A stretch of DNA of 51,210 nt, the filler included, from Sphacelaria rigidula (taxonomy: Eukaryota), in assembly GCA_964200075.2 (NCBI GenBank). It is 3 parts of 3 records of this genome, joined end to end, with 100 filler letters (N's around TTAATTAATTAA, not from the genome) between each part and the next. Parts side by side here need not be neighbours in the genome. Positions count along the whole stretch, not along the records: positions 34,209 to 51,210 come from CAXNAA020001194.1; 2 more parts are not named here. One strand, 5' to 3'. The notes under the pieces are model-generated. The model saw only the letters and a program-made list of their open reading frames with translations. It searched no databases and was not told the DNA's origin. The translations under genes were made by a program, and so were the position numbers. This document shows positions 37,201 to 50,188 of the stretch, piece after piece; position 1 is the first letter of the stretch; each line of letters begins with the position of its first letter.

Positions 37201-40200
37201 CCGGCACTCCGAGACCCGGTGTCGCCGCCACTGCGGTACAACAACAAATGAAACATCCAGTCGCCGTCCCATCGTGGCATCAAAGTCGCTGTCAACCAGT
37301 GCCCGGTCCTGTTGCTGCACGAACGTAGAAAGGCACGATCCACCCGCATGTCGCCAATACGCCGGGGCTCGGTCTCACCGCGATTGCGGTAAAACAACAA
37401 ATGGAAACGAATTCAACCAGGCAGTCACCGTCCGATGGTGGCATCAGAGTTGCTGCCGACCTGCGTCTGGTCATGCTGCTGCACCGACGTGGATAGGCAC
37501 GTTCACACCGCATGTTGCCGGTACTCGGGGGCCCGGTCTGGCCGCCATGACGGTGAAACAACATGTGGAAACAAATCAAACCAGACAGTCACCGTCTGAG
37601 AATGACATCGCAGTTGCTGCCGACCGGCGCCTGATTCTATTGTTGCACGAACGTAGATAGGCACGAACTAGCCCAACATCGCCGATACCCCGCATCCCGG
37701 TCTCGCCGTCATTGCCGCGAAATGACAAATGAAAGCATCCAGTGACAGTTCGATGGCATCGGAGTTGCTGCCGACAGGTGTATGGTCCCGTTGCCCGGAC
37801 GAACGTAGAAAGGCACGACGCAGCTCGACATTGCCAGTACTCCGAGACCCGGTGTAGCCGCCGCTGCGGTAAAGCATGAGAAAGAAACAGTCACCGTTCA
37901 ACGGTTGCATCGGAGTTGCTGCCGACAGATGTATGGTCCCGTTGCCCCGACGAACGTAGATATGCATGACGCAGCTCGACATCGCCAGTACTCCGAGATC
38001 CGGTGTCGCCGCCATTGCGGTAAAGCGAGAAAAAAAACAGTCACCGTTCGATGATGGCATCGGAGTTGCTGCCGACACATGTATGGTCCCGTTGCCCGGA
38101 CAAAGGTAGATATGCACGATGCAGCTCCACATTGCCGGTACTCCGCATCCTCGTGTCGCCGCCACTGCGGTGATGAGACAGAAGAAAATGTCATCGTTTG
38201 ATGTTGGCATCGGAGTTGCTGCCGACAGGTGTATGGTCCCGTTGCCCGCACGAACGTAGAAAGGCGCGACGCAGCTCGACCTCGCCGGTATTCCGAGACC
38301 CGGTGTCGCCGCCAATGCGGCAACATAAAGATATATAAAAACAGTCACCGTTCAATGGTTGCATCGGAGTTGCTGCCGACAGATGTATGGTCCCGTTGCA
38401 AGGACGAACGTAGATATGCATGACGCAGCTTGACCTCACCAGTACTCCGAGATCCGGTGTCGCCGCCACCGCGGTAAAGCATGAAAAAAAAACAGTCACC
38501 GTTCGATGATGGCATCGGAGTTGCTGCCGACACATGTATGGTCCCGTTGCCCGGACAAACGTAGATATGCACGACGCAGCCCGACATTGCCGGTACTCCG
38601 AGACCCGGTGTCGCCGCCACTGCGGTGATGAGACAAAAGCAAAAGTCATCGTTTGATGTTGGCATCGGAGTTGCTGCCGACAGGTGTATGGTCCCGTTGC
38701 CCGCACGAACGTAGAAAGGCACGACGCAGCTCGACCTCGCCGGTATTCCGAGACCCGGTGTGTCCGCCACTGCGGAAAAATAAAGATATATAAAAACAGT
38801 CACCGTTCAATGGTTGCATCGGAGTTGCTGCCGACAGATGTATGGTTCCGTTGCCCGGACGAACGGAGACATGCATGACGCAGCTCGACATCGCCAGTAC
38901 TCCGAGGCCCGGTGTCGCCGCCGCTGCGGTAAAGCGCGAAAAACAACAGTCACCGTTCGATGGTGGCATCGGAGTTGCTGCCGACAGGTGTATGGTCCCG
39001 TTGCCCGGACGAACGTAGATATGCACGACGCAGCCCGACATTGCCGGTACTCCGAGACCCGGTGTCGCCGCCATTGCGGTAATAACACGAAAACAAGAGT
39101 CATCGTTTGATGTTGGCATCGGAGTTGCTGCCGACAGGTGTATGGTCCCGTTGCCCGGACGGACGTAAATAGGCACGACGCAGCTCGACCTCGCCGGTAC
39201 GTCGAGACCCGGTGTCGCCGCCACTGCGGCAAAATGACATAATAACGAAACAGTCACCGTTCAATAGTGGAATGGAAGTTGCTGCCGACCGGTGTATTGT
39301 CCCGGACGAACGGACATATGCACGACGCAGCTCGACATTGCCGGTACTCCAAGACCCGGTGTCGCCGCCACTGCGGTACAACAACAAATGAAACATCCAG
39401 TCGCCGTCCCATCGTGGCATCAGAGTAGCTGTCAACCAGCGCCTGGTCCTGTTGCTGCACGAACGTAGATAGGCACAATCCACCCGTATGTCTCGCCAAT
39501 ACGCCGGGGCTCGGTCTCACCGCGATTGCGGTAAAACAACAAATGGAAACGAACTCAACCAGGCAGTCACCGTCCGATGGTGGCATCAGAGTTGCTGCCG
39601 ATCTGCGTCGTGTCCTGTTGCTGCACTGACGTTGATAGGTACGGTCACGCCGCATGTTGCCGGTACTCGGAGGCCCGGTCTAGCCGCCATGGCGGTGAAA
39701 CAGCATGTGGAAACAAATCAAACCAGACAGTCCCCGTCTGGGAATGACATCGGAGTTGCTGCCGACCGGCGCCTGATTCTGTTGCTGCACGAACGTAGAT
39801 AGGCACGATCGAGCCCAACATCGCCGATACCCCGCATTCCGGTCTCGCCGCCATTGCCGCGGGATGACAAATGAAAGCATCCAGTGACCGTTCGATGGCA
39901 TCGGAGTTGCTGCCGCCAGGTTTATGGTCCCGTTGCCCGGACGAACGTAGAGATGCACGACGCAGCTCGACATTGCCAGTACTCCTAGACCCGGTGTCGC
40001 CGCCACTGCGGTAAAGCATGAAAAAGAAACAGTCACCGTTCAATGGTGGCATCGGAGTTGCTGCTGAGAGATGTATGGTCCCGTTGCCCGGACGAACGTA
40101 GAGATGCACGACGCAGCTCGACATTGCCAGTACTCCGAGACCCGGTGTCGCCGCCACTGCGGTGAAGCATGAAAAAGAAACAGTCACCGTTAAATGGTGG

Positions 40201-43200
40201 CATCGGAGTTGCTGCCGACAGATGTATGGTCCCGTTGCAAGGACGAACGGAGATATGCATGACGCAGCTCGACATTGCCGGTACGTCGAGACCCGGTGTC
40301 GCCGCCACTGCGGTGAAACAACAAATGAAACATCCAGTCGCCGTCCCATCGTGGCATCAGAGTTGCTGTCAACCAGCGCCCTGTTCTGCTGCTGCACGAA
40401 CTTAGATAGGCACGATCCACCCGCATGTCGTCGGTAGGCCGGGGCTCGGTCTCACCGCGATTGCGGTAAAATAACAAATGGAAATGAATTCAACCAGGCA
40501 GTCACCGTCCGATGGTGGCATCAGAGTTGCTGCCGACCTGCGTCTGGTCCTGTTGCTACACGAACGTAGATAGGCACGTTCACGTCGCATATTTCCGGTA
40601 CTCGGAGGCCAGGTCAAGCCGCCATGGTGGTAAAACAACAAGTAGAAACAAGTCAAACTAAACTGTCACCAACTCTGAATGACATCGGGGTTGCTGCCGA
40701 CCGGCGCCTGATTCTGTTGTTGCACGAACGTAGATAGGCACGATCGAGCCCAACATCGCCGGTACCCCGAGACCCGGTCTCGCCGCGACTGCCGCAAAAT
40801 GACGAATGAATACATCCCGTCAACGTTCCATGTTGGCATCGGAGTTGCTGCCGACAGATGTATGGTCTCGTTGCCCGGACGAACGTAGATATGCACGACG
40901 CGCCTCGACATTGCCGGTACTCCGAGACCCGGTGTCGCCGCCGCTGCGGTACAACAAATCAAACATGCAGTCGCCGTCCCATCGTGGCATCAAAGCCGCC
41001 GTCAACCAGCGCCCGGTCCTGTTGCTCCACGAACGTAGATAGCCACGATCCACCCGTATGTCGCCGGTACGCCGGGGCTCGGTCTCACCGCGATTGCGGT
41101 AAAATAACATATGGAAGCGAACTCAACGAGGCAGTCACCGTCCGATGGTGGCATCAGAGTTGCTGCCGACCTGCGTCTAGTCCTGTTGCTGCACGAACAT
41201 AAATAGGCACGTTCACGCCGCATGTTGCCGGTACTCGGAGGCCCGGTCTAGCCGCCATGACGGTGAAACAACAGGTGGAAACAAATCAAACCAGACAGTC
41301 ACCGTCTGGGAATGACATCGCAGTTGCTGCCGACCGGCGCCTAATTCTGTTGCTGCACGAACGTAGATAGGCACGATCGAGCCCAACATCGCCGGTACCC
41401 CCCATCCCGGTCTCGCCGCCATTGCCGCAAAATGACAAATGAAAGCATCCAGTGACCGTTGGATGGCATCGGAGTCGCTGCCGACAGGTGTATGGTCCCG
41501 TTGCACGCACGAACGGCGATACGCACGACGCAGCTCGACATTGCCGGTATCCCAAGACCCGGTGTCGCCGCCACTGCGGCTAAATGACAAAATAACAAAA
41601 CAGTCACCGGTCGATGGTGGCATCGGAGTTGCTGCCGACAGATGTATGGTCCCGTTGCCCGGACGAACGGAGATATGCATGACGCAGCTCGACATTGCCG
41701 GTACTCCGAGACCCGGTGTCGCTGCCACTGCGGTGAAACAACGAAAAACAAAATCCAGTCGCCGTCCCATCGTGGCATCAAAGTTGCTGTCAACCAGCGC
41801 CCGGTCCTGTTGCTGCACGGACGTAGATAGGCACGATCCACCCGCATGTTGCCGGTACGCCGGGGCTCGGTCTCACCGCGATTGCGGTAAAACAACAAAT
41901 GGAAACGAATTCAACCAGGCAGTCACCGTCCGATGGTGGCATCAGAGTTGCTGCCGACCTGCGTCGTGTCCTGTTGCTGCACCGACATGGATAGGTACGG
42001 TCACGCCGCATGTTGCCGGTACTCGGAGGCCCGGTCTAGCCGCCATTGACTGTAACACAACAAGGGGAAACAAATTAAACAGACAGTCACCGTCTGGGAA
42101 TGACATTGGAGTTGCTGCCGACCGGCGCCTGATTCTGTTGTTGCACGAACGTAGATAGGCACGAACTAGCCCAACATCGCCGGTACCCCGCATCGCGGTC
42201 TCGCCGCCATTGCCGCGGGATGACAAATGGGAGCATCCAGTGACCGTTCGATGGCATCGGAGTTGCTGCCGACAGGTGTATGGTCCCGTTGCCCGGACGA
42301 ACGTAGGGATGCACGACGCAGCTCGACATTGCCGGTACTCCGAGACCCGGTGTCGCCGCCACTTCGGTAAGGCATGAGAAAGAAACAGTCACCGTTCGAT
42401 GGTGGCATCGGAGTTGCTGCCGACAGATGTATGGTCCCGTTGCCCGGACGAACGCAGATATGCACGATGCAGCTCCACATTGCCGGTACTCCGAGACCCG
42501 GTGTCGCCGCCGCTGCGGTACAACAACAAATGAAACATCCAGTCGCCGTCCCATCGTGGCATCAAAGTTGCTGTCAACCAGCGCCCGGTCCTGTTGCTGC
42601 ACGAACGTAGATAGGCACGATCCACCCGCATGTCGCCAGTACGCCGGGGCTCGGTCTCCCCGCGATTGCGGTAAAACAACAAATGGAAACGAATTCAACC
42701 AGGCAGTCACTGTCCGATGGTGGCATCAGAGTTGCTGCCGACCTGCGTCTAGTCCTGTTGCTGCACGAACATAGATAGGCATGTTCACGCCGCATGTTGC
42801 CGGTACTCGTGGCCCGGTCTAGCGGCCTTGGCGGTAAAACAACAAGGGGAAACAAATCAAACCAGACAGTCACCGTCTATGAATGACATCGGAGTTGCTG
42901 CCGACCGGCGCCTGATTCTGTTGCCGCACGAACGTAGATAGGCAAGATCGAGCCCAACATCGCCGTTACTCCGAGACCCGGTCTCGCCGCCACTGCCGCA
43001 AAATGACAAATGAAAACATCCCGTCACCGTTCGATGGTGGCATCGGAGTTGCTGCCGACAGGTGTATGGTCTCGTTGCCCGCACGAACGTAGATATGCAC
43101 GACGCAGCTCGACATTGCCGGTATCCCAAGACCCGGTGTCGCCGCCACTGCGGCTAAATGACGGAAAAAAGAACAGTCACCGTTCGATGGTGGCATCGGA

Positions 43201-45150
43201 GTTGCTGCCGACAGATGTATGGTCCCGTTGCAAGGACGAACGGAGATATGCATGACGCAGCTCGACATTGCCGGTACTCCGAGACCCGGTGTCGCTGCCA
43301 CTGCGGTGAAACAACAACAAAAAACATCCAGTCGCCGTCCCATCGTGGCATCAAAGTTGCTGCCAACCAGCGCCCGGTCCTGTTGCTGCACGGACGTAGA
43401 TAGGCACGATCCACCCGCATGTTGCCGGTACGCCGGGGCTCGGTCTCACCGCGATTGCGGTAAAACAACAAATGGAAACGAATTCGACCAGGCAGTCACC
43501 GTCCGATGGTGGCATCAGAGTTGCTGCCGACCTGCGTCGTGTCCTGTTGCTGCACCGACGTGGATAGGCACGATCAGGCCCAACATTGGTCGTACCCTGG
43601 TGCCCGGTCTAGCCGCCGTTGCGGTAAAATAGCAAATGAAAACATCTAGTCACCGTCCGATGGTGGCATCGCAGTTGCTGTCAACCGGCGTCTGGTCCTG
43701 TCGCTGGACGGACGTAGGACGGCACGACCCAGCCCCACGTTGCCGATACCCCGGGGCTCGGTCTCGCCTCCATGGCGGTAGAATAACAGTTGAAAACAAA
43801 TGAAAGCAGAGAGTCACCGCCTGTGGATGACATCGGAGTTGCTGCTAACTGGCGCCTGATTCTGTTGCTACACGAACGCAGGGAGGCACGGTCAGGCCCA
43901 ACATCGCCCGTACCCCGCAGCCCGGTCTCGCCGCCATTGCGATAAAATAACAATGTTGGCATTGGAGTTGTTGCAAACTGGCGTCTGGTCCTGTTGCTGC
44001 ACGAACGTAGATAGGCACGACCCAGTCCTATATTGCCGGTACCCCAGGGCCCGGTCTCGCCTCCATGGCGGTAAAATAACGAATGGAACAAATCAAACCA
44101 GGCAGTCACCATCTGTGAATGACATCGTAGTTGCTGCCAACCGGTGCCTGATTCTGTTGCTGCACGAACGCAGGGAGACACGATCAAGCCCAACATTGCC
44201 CGTACCCCGGAGCCCGGTCTCGCCGCCATTGCTGTATGGCAGCAAATAAAAACATCCAGTCACCGTTCGATGGTAGCATCGGAGTTGCTGCCAACCGGCG
44301 CCTGATTCTGTTGCTGCACGAACTCAGGGAGCCACGATCAAGCCCAACATTGCCGGTACCCCAGAGGCCGGTCTCGCCGCCCGTGCTGTATAACAGCAAA
44401 CGAAAACATCCAGTCACCCTTCGATGGTGGCATCGGAGTTGCTGCCAACCGGCGTCTGGCCCTGTTGATTGAGGAATGCTGATGGGCACGATTAAGCTCA
44501 ACACTGCCGGTTCTTCGGGGCTCAGTCTCGCCGCCATTGCGGAAAAATAACAAATGAAAGAAATCCAGTCACCGCCCGATGGTGGCATGACAGTTGATGT
44601 CAACAGGTGAATAGTCCTGTTGCCAGGACGCATGAAGATATGAACGACCCAACCCCATGTTGCCGGTAACCCGAAGCCCGGTCTCGCCGCCGTTGTGGTC
44701 AAATAAAAAATGAAAAGACATCTCGTTAATGTCCGATGGTAACATCGGAGTTGCTGCCAACCAGCGCCTGGTCCTGTTGCTGCACGATAGGCACGATCAT
44801 GCCCAACATTGCCCGTATCCTGGGGCCCGGCCTCGCCGCCATTGCGGTAAAATAAAAAATAAAAACACCCAGTCATCGTCCGATGGTGGCATCAGAGGTG
44901 CTGCCAACAGGTATCTGCAGTCCCGTTGCCCAGACGAACGTAGGAAGGCACGACTCAGCCCCATATTGCCGGTACTTCGAGGTCCGGTCTCGCCGACATT
45001 GTGGTAAAATAACATATGAAAACAACCAGTCACCGTCTGATGGTGGCATCAGAGTTGCTGCCAACCGGCGCCTGGCCCTGTCGCTGCACGAACGTAGATA
45101 TGCACGACCCAGCCCCATGTTGCCGGTACACCGGGGCCCGGGTTCACGGT
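34209..45150. repeat. Satellite DNA array, roughly 70 monomers of ~150-164 bp, with higher-order repeats; truncated at the contig start
   Basis: A ~120-bp GC-rich core (GTCACCGTTCGATGGTGGCATCGGAGTTGCTGCCGAC...GCACGAACGTAGAT...GCCGGTACTCCGAGACCCGGTGTCGCCGCCACTGCGG) plus a 30-45-bp A-rich linker; GCATC-type anchors at 34241, 34390, 34540, 34694, 34845, 35009, 35161 and onward. Confidence 0.97.
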
Positions 45151-48100
45151 CGTTGTCGATCGCACAGGAGAATTGCTTCCATCGGCTGATGTCCCTCTTC
45201 CCACCGCCGAACTCCGACATGCATTCATAGCCGCGTGGCGCTTTATATGATATTTTTGTTTTCTTTTTTTCTTATCCCCGACCAGGCGGCACTCTCACAG
45301 ATATGTAGGTCGAGGTATGTAAAAATAAATCATAAACCCGAGTCGCGGGTATGCCCGGTGTCGTACGATCGCCCGCTGATACGTTAGAGAACCCTCAGCA
45401 CTCATGATCCTCAGGGGGGTAGTCAAGGGTGACACCGAAGTGCGACTCGATGTTCTCCGTGATTTGGTCGAGGTATGCGGGTTCACGCCTAGAGGGTATT
45501 TACGATGAAAAAAGGAGCGCATAAAGGGTGGGAAGGGCAAGCGAGATTGGCGTCGAGGTTGATAATGTATTTGTGCGTTGATCCTCAGTTGTATTTTTCG
45601 CATCGCTGTCTTGTTGGCGAGGCTGTCGTCATCTCACATTTCACCGTTCCTCGAGCGTTCACGAACAATGTTTTCGAGACGGTATGTGTACCATGGTCGC
45701 GCATAAGCGTTCTGTGCCGATTAGATCACACCATGTGATTGCGACAACTTGCATGCGTGCGACTCCTCTTGTGGGAACTTGCCAAATGTCTTGTGGGAAC
45801 TCGAGCAGGTGCAGAGGTACTGGTGTTGTGGGTCGTGAAGAACGAGAAGGGTATTCAGTTTTCAATCGTCCGAAAGACCACCAGAAGTACGAGATTCACT
45901 GCACCACGTAGTCAACCGACCTCTCCATCTCCATCCGCGACCTTCTTCAAACTGTTTGCTTCACATTTTCCGATGTCGTAAACTCTGCGAGCGATGTCGG
46001 AGTTATCGCCGCAGCAATGCCGTCGTACATGCACAACGCGCGAGATTGCTCTACACCAATGCGACGGGAATCGGTGTTTCGACACCGTGATCACGATCAC
46101 AGTGCTGTCAGCGATAGCGCAGCCATCACTGCATGCATGACGGTTTATCCGTGCTAGCTGCAACTGGGGTCTGAATGTATATTGAAACATGTGACCAGTA
46201 CCGGTCGGCTCACGGCCTGCGAGTAAATGTCGACCTACTACCAATTGTTTTACGTCAGCACTACATTCTCAAGACAAAGCAAACAGCACGGGCTACAAGC
46301 AAGCAATATTTTCGATCAAACCAGAGTGTCGCTGTTTCCATCGCTCCAATCAGCAAGGATTTTCCGTGGGTATTTAGGCTAATTGGACTTGTATGCTCTC
46401 ACCATCTTGCCTCAAACTCGGGGCGCACGGTGTTCTCAAACGTCCATCGGTCCCCCTCGGACGCTGTGCGGAGGAGGTCTATCAACCGGTCATATATTGC
46501 TGTAGCCTGCCAGACACACGGTAGACACAGTACGGAAGGATAAGGGGCAACATTAGATAGTACGCACAATCAAAAGGTTGTTTCGAGGTGTCGCTATTGC
46601 ACCCTTTGTCATTTTATCGGCAGGTACACAGAAGTTCCTGGAACGAACTGCAGGGGGCATTCACACGCTCTCAAACTCGATAGCTGGCTCGTATCGTCGT
46701 TCACAGATGTTTCGCCGTATACCCCAACATCTACACACGTTGGGTGGATACGCGGCGTGCGCTGCACAAAGAGTTGTGCAACTCGAGAACAATTCCATCC
46801 AACCCCGTACTCTACCGTGCAACATTACACGACCGATGGCTGGTGGAACTCATACATCCGTCTATTATGGGTGTTGCTGTATACTACAGCGGTGACTCTC
46901 CTTGATTCGGGTAATAGCGTGACCGAAGTGGTCTCGCGCACAGCAAATGATGGCCACTTCTGTCGTCTCCAGCTTCGGGGAAACAAAACGAAACCATGTG
47001 CAGGGACAAAACCCTGCTGCAAAATGATAGATATCAGGAGGATAGGGATGAGTGTCGAGCCCGGCGGAACTGGGAGATTCAGATGTCTGACTCCAGGCTA
47101 CGACGCGTTGAAGGGGAGAGTGTCGGTCTCTGTCATTCAATTCCAACGGTCGACAGTACGGGCGTGGCATTCGTTCCTTGCATTGAGTGTTGAGATAGGT
47201 AGAGAACAGTCAAACACTTGGCTAGCAGAGCCGCAGGAATGAAAGGATAGCATCGCGGCTTGTGTGGACTCGAACAGGCAGACTGGCTACCTCCCGTAAA
47301 ACACGGTGTGACGCACGCAGCGTTTGTGCCCATGTATGTTTGCGACTGTATGTGGCTGCTTGAGGGTGTGCTGGTGTGATACGGCGTGGCATCATTGAGG
47401 GATGATTCCCGGGATATAGTCGACCGTTTGAGGTAGTACATTGATGTGATGACCGCTGAGGTCTTTGGGGAGAGTGACCGAATATATCGGACATCAGAGG
47501 CGAGACTGCCGTGCCCCCCTCTCCTCTCCTCCGCTACCTCCCTCAGTCTTGCTTCATTTCTTGTGTCACAAGCACCACGCCATTTCATCAGATTCATTTT
47601 ATGAACCGTTACTCTGTGAGGCATTGAGTGATCCCGGGTGATACCAGATTATTTCAACACTGTTCCTAGAGCGGATCCTTGATATCTGCCGGAGTTAGCA
47701 CTTAGTGCTTCAGAGATTAAACGCCTGCGTGAGTAACAAGAGCCGTGGGGTTCGAATTCCGAGCGTGATTCGTTGTTAACGAAATTTGGGCCTTGAACGG
47801 ATATGCTTGCGAGGGGGGCGCGGGCCGGGAGATAACTGATGTATTCATGGCGGTACTCTTCGACGAATCATATAGTTCGTCATGAAGCCGACATTTGACC
47901 TCCGGGCTAGTAAGCGCTCACTACTAGTACGGAGGCCAAATATTCACTTGATGAGAAACTTTGCTAGTCTGTTGGGCAACAATCGAGCTTTTCAGCAGAT
48001 GGTCCGCCCTGCCTGAATCTGGATTACCCACTCTAAATATATATATATATATACAAGAGTTCCGGCGACTTCGCCGCCACGATCAGTGGATCGACATCCA

Positions 48101-48410
48101 AGATACATGAGCACCGGTGATAGCTGTGTGCGTTGCGTAATAGCAAAGGTCATAGTTTGGGGAGGCCGTGGCTGCTCACCAGCTGAGCATGGTGTGCATT
48201 AAATTTAATCTTGAAGATGATGCTGATGCCAAAAATGAGTATTTTGCCCCGTTTGTAATCTGAAGAGAAACATAGGCCTTAGGTTCACGAGGGCACATGC
48301 AAAGGCTTGGCACTTGATAAACAACCCAACACTATCAAAGGTGGACCTCTAGGACTCATTAACCCAGCCAAAACAAAACACACAGCTCGAGCCGTAGATG
48401 GTCATTCCCT

Positions 48411-49105
48411 GAGCTGTGCGTGACCTCGCGTAAATGTGTTCAGAATTCGATGAAAAACGATGGTTTGTGTGAGACGTACGCGAACCGGTGCTATTTGCGA
48501 GCGTTGCGTTCGGTCCATGCTTCGAAGACAACGCCGTAGCTGCTCATCAGCTTAGCACGTTGCTTATCACTTAGAGCGCAAGGGTGGGTAAGTCATCTGG
48601 TCATGCAGTATACTTTTGAAAGAAAACTGATGCTGATTCCACAGATGGCCCGTGCTCACGGTCAAAGAGTTGATACCTTGCACAAAGCAGTCCAGAATCC
48701 GATCAGAAACGATCCGGAAAATCATGTCGATTTAATGTCTGGGGTGATGCCGACTGAAAATTGAAAAAAGTTGCACTTGCCGCGCCTCATCGTAAAAAAT
48801 AGCTGCTTATCACTCGAGCTGTGGGTGACCTTGCACACATCTGTTCAGAATTCAACGAGAAACGATCATATGTATGAGATGCGCGCGAACCGGCGCTAAT
48901 TACGTGCGTTACGCAGTGGCACAGGCCACACTTCGAAGAAAACGCCGTAGCTGCTCATCAGCTGAGCACGTTGTTCATCCTGCTTATCCCTTAGACCGCA
49001 ATGGTAGGTCATCCGGTCATGCAGGTAATTTTTCAAGCACAAGTGGTGCTGATTCCACAGATGAGCCATGCTTGCGGTCAAAGAGTTACGACCTCGCACA
49101 AAGCT
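48411..49105. repeat. Diverged tandem duplication (~400-bp period; copies ~48411-48689 and ~48815-49105, partial third copy ~48120-48320)
   Basis: Shared blocks GTTCAGAATTC, AACGCCGTAGCTGCTCATCAGCT, TGCTGATTCCACAGATG and CGGTCAAAGAGTT. Confidence 0.8.
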
Positions 49106-49928
49106 GTTCACACGACTCAAACCTGGAAAAATAGAAGCCGTTGCTTTTAGCGCCTCGTGATGAAAAAGTCGCATGTACGGTGAAGCAGCATAGTCCAGAG
49201 ACGGTAAAAGGGAATTACAATCGAAACGACGCGACATGCCAGCAACATCACAACATCCTCGAGGTGTGCCCCGAGAGAAACGGAAAGCGATGGCACTTGG
49301 CCGCTTTGTGCAGTTTCGGTTCAACTGAGTATGATGCCGATTCAATCAACAAGTAAAAACGATGCCAGTTACACGGATGAATTTGGCCTGTGTGCGGTCG
49401 AGAGGTGGCATCTCAGGCGGGTCAAAGGTCCACCGAGACGTCCATTGAGAACATGCATCAAACGGAACGCATCTCAACGTCAAAACGCCGTGCAGAACAC
49501 AGCGCGGAAAGTGCATGCACTCCAAACCCAAGCAGAACCGGAATGCACCGAAATGTCCACCGAAACGCAAGCCAAGAGGCTGATATGTATAATCAGCGAA
49601 CGAGTGTACTCTAAACTCAAGTAAAAAGAAGTGCTGGCTTCTGAGAGCTTCATGGAACGAAATGACCCCGAAAGATGTGTCCTCTAAAATCAAGTGAAGA
49701 AATGCAGCATCTTGACACCTGTCTGCAGGGAACGAATCTCAGAACAATTGTAACTGATATAATCTCTACAAGGTTTTTGGCGATTCGCGTCACCGCTCAA
49801 TAGAGCGTTTGCCAAGGCAAAGGATAATGAGAAGTGTTGCTACCGGCATCAACCGTCGCCCACATACGAGAGTGATCAGAGGCGAAGATATGGTTCAGAG
49901 ATAACTCTTGTGACACGAAGATGTTATT

Positions 49929-50188
49929 GGAGTGATGCTGCGATAGGGTCAGCACTTTTACGGCCTGAGAGTAAAATTTTTAGGAACCCTTTATCTCATC
50001 CAAAACACGACTTTCGAAATAGGTGAGAGTACGCCAGGGTTTTTCTTCCAATTTGCGAGGGATATCCCGAATGAATTTGCAAACGGGAATATCCTGACTC
50101 ATATTCTTGTGTAGTTCCTAATTTTAGGAACCCCTGAATCAGGCCGGTCTTGGCCCCAAAAGTGCAGACCCTATCGCAGCATCAATCC
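49929..50188. mobile_element. MITE (~260 bp) with 31-bp TIRs
   Basis: GGAGTGATGCTGCGATAGGGTCAGCACTTTT and AAAAGTGCAGACCCTATCGCAGCATCAATCC (29/31); internal direct repeat TTTTAGGAACCC; TSD unclear. Confidence 0.75.

Noticed and set aside
34209..45150. Satellite as a CRISPR array (conserved repeat plus variable spacer)
   Set aside because: The core is ~120 bp and variable, the 'spacers' are recurrent A-rich subtypes rather than unique sequences, there are no cas genes, and the context is eukaryotic.
34209..45150. Satellite as a repeat-protein gene or tandem 120-nt exon cassette (minus strand YYYY-CCGCAG|120 nt|GTGAC)
   Set aside because: The AG is replaced by AA or other bases in many monomers, implied introns would be only ~30-45 nt, subtypes differ by 1-nt indels, and ORFs open similarly in several frames, as expected for GC-rich non-coding repeats.
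45240..47630. Retrotransposon pol remnants flanking the satellite
   Set aside because: No recognisable RT, RNase H or integrase motifs in the short ORFs; cannot be supported without a search.
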